From Callorhinchus milii (Eukaryota): 64,000 nt of DNA. Shown in pieces: positions 61,850 to 64,000 of the stretch. Location: contig NW_024704743.1 in assembly GCF_018977255.1 (NCBI RefSeq), forward strand, positions 74,774,001-74,838,000, in the 5' to 3' direction. Under the pieces are notes generated by a model. It worked only from the letters and a program-made list of their open reading frames with translations, was not told where the DNA came from and searched no databases. A program made the position numbers and the translations under genes. Every line of letters starts with the position of its first letter. Within the stretch, counting starts at the first letter, position 1.

Positions 61850-62228
61850 CCTCACTCTTGTCTTCAAATCCCTCCACTCCTCTGCACCCCTACCTCTCTG
61901 ACCTCCTCTCTCCTCACAACAGTGCTTGTTGCCGTCGCTCCACCGGGTCTGGCCTCCTCCTTGTCCCCCAAATCCTCCGCTCCACCATCGGTGGCCGTGC
62001 CTTCAGCCACTACGCCCCGAGGCTCTGGAACTCCCTTCCTCACTCCCTTCGCTTCGCCCCCTCTCTTCCTATTTTCAGGTCTCAGCTGAAGACTTTTCTT
62101 TTCGACTGCGCCTTTGGTCACCTTCCTCCCCATCCCCCTGGCTCAGCCCCGGGATCCGTTACTGTGAGCGTTCTGAGACGCCGTCCGGCGTGGAGGGCGC
62201 TATATAAATCCAAGTTGTTGTTGTTATT
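61850..62228 (+). mobile_element. L2 3' fragment (second subfamily)
   Basis: [20 protein letters not shown]...LKTFLF; tail gagggcgctatataaatccaagttgttg. Confidence 0.85.
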
Positions 62229-62909
62229 ATTAAATCCTTTTCCTGTGTCAGTGCAACCTGTGTGATACAGCTCTCAGTGTCTAAGCCCATGTCTATGAGC
62301 TTCTCTCAGTGTCCCAGGAGATTATTTGTATCACATATTATTTTAGGAGCAATAGATTGGTGCACAGGGAGTGAAGATCTGGCATTGTATCAATTTTACT
62401 CTTATATGGCTCCAAATCAGGATTGTGTTTTGTTGTCTAATGTTTCAGAAAAAGGCCATAACTGTCCAGAAACATGGTAACCTAAACCTTCCAGACGGCT
62501 TGTGAGTCTAACTTTTTTGAGCTACAATATTGAAGGTCAAATCTACAATTAAACAATATTTGATCCTAACCCAGTCTACTATCTACACGGGACAGTTGGT
62601 TTGAATGAAAAGACCATTCCAAAGCACATTACTATATACTAAATTTTCTCATTATTAATATCTGAGGTTACAGGTCATAATATCTAAGCTCTATAATTCC
62701 TATGGTCAACATACATTATCTTGAAACTGTGTGTGAGCATTGAGATCATCGGTTCAGAGATCATTGATCTGCTGGACTCTGTTCCCTAGCTTGCTGTTGT
62801 TGTTGTTGTTGTTGTAGCTTATCCTCAAAGCTGAAAAAAGCTGCAAAAAAAAGTTCTGAGAAAAATTAGTTTTATCTGAGTGACTTTCACCAAAAATCTG
62901 GGTATTCAT

Positions 62910-63175
62910 ACAACACAAAATTACATTTGTATAGCGCCTTTCACGACTGGAGGACATCCCAAGGCATTAGACAGTCAGAGATTTGGACCGAGCTGGGTGT
63001 CGGGGAGGTTGGAGGCCAGGGAAGATAGGAAGGTGGCTGATAGCTCGATCGAACAGGAGGGTTTTGAGATGCACCTTGGAGGAGGCAAGGGAGGGAGCGA
63101 GGCGAAGGGAATATGAGATGGAGTTCCATAGCATGGGGACCAGAGATGCTGTAGGCCTGACTGCCAATGGTGACC
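62910..63175 (-). mobile_element. L2 3' fragment
   Basis: LWNSISYSLRLAPSLASSKVHLKTLLFDRA plus tail. Confidence 0.8.
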
Positions 63176-64000
63176 ATATGGTTAAAAGCAACTTTAAAGA
63201 TCTCCACCCGATGGTGAGAATGCTACCAAATGTGACATCTCTAACACATTATACTGAAGAAAGATTAAAGTAGCAAAGTACTTGCATCATAATGTTAAAT
63301 ATAGACCTGAGATATATAGCTACCTCGCTGCCATTCCATTCCGTAACAGATGAGCTCAAAGTTGCAGTTGATCACAAAATGAGTCAAGTCAGAAGTAGTT
63401 AACGATATTCTGCGTGAATGGCTTACCAGAAATTTTAAAGCTCAAATACGAGGATCTAGAACAATGACACATTAATTCTGAAAATGTCGTTAACATTTCT
63501 TCACCAAAGTGGTGAAGTAATCTGTCATGGAAGATTGTGCTTTAGTGAAACTTTTAGTTTGAAATTTCCAGGCATTACATTCTGTTCTGCATTATTTTTG
63601 ATAAAGCAATTATAACAACAAGTATTTCCACAGACCTTTAGAGTACATCACTTCTCAATTTTTTTCCCACAGAAATTTGAGTCCTCTCTCTCGGTTGACT
63701 CTGATGACTATTGTCTAGCTAGAGCTTGTGAAATTGTCATTTACTACAACTTTCACACTTACTCATCATCCCTTACATCTAACTTCGAGTTGTCATCCTG
63801 CTCAAATGCCACTTTAAGATTATGTGAGTTAACCATGAGAATTAGAGAACCTAAATACTCTAACCTCAGATATTAAAATGAGAAAGTTTGATAATATTAG
63901 CATCACTGATAGAAATGTTTCCGATGAAAAGAAATTGTGTGTAACAGGAACATCTACAGATCACATGAAATGTACATGAAACCTGATCATGCAACCAGAC

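Overview
Repeat-rich vertebrate genomic DNA. The repeat families suggest a cartilaginous fish, probably a chimaera, but this is inference. The window holds the conserved FYCO1-CXCR6-CCR9 block. On + are the last five coding exons of FYCO1 (LIR exon and GOLD domain; splice phases are consistent). An intact CXCR6-like chemokine receptor lies antisense inside a ~29 kb FYCO1 intron, and an intact CCR9 lies downstream on -. Most of the rest is L2 and CR1 LINE debris, an abundant tRNA(Ala)-headed SINE with an L2-derived tail, older Deu-domain SINEs, Penelope-type hammerhead remnants and an unclassified A-tailed repeat. The most notable unannotated signal is a decayed, deletion-riddled foamy (spuma)-like endogenous retrovirus at ~41.8-43.7 kb between FYCO1 and CCR9, with env clearly recognisable and weaker integrase traces. 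Nearly all other ORFs in the track are repeat-derived or spurious. All homology calls were made by eye against sequences recalled from memory; no searches were run.
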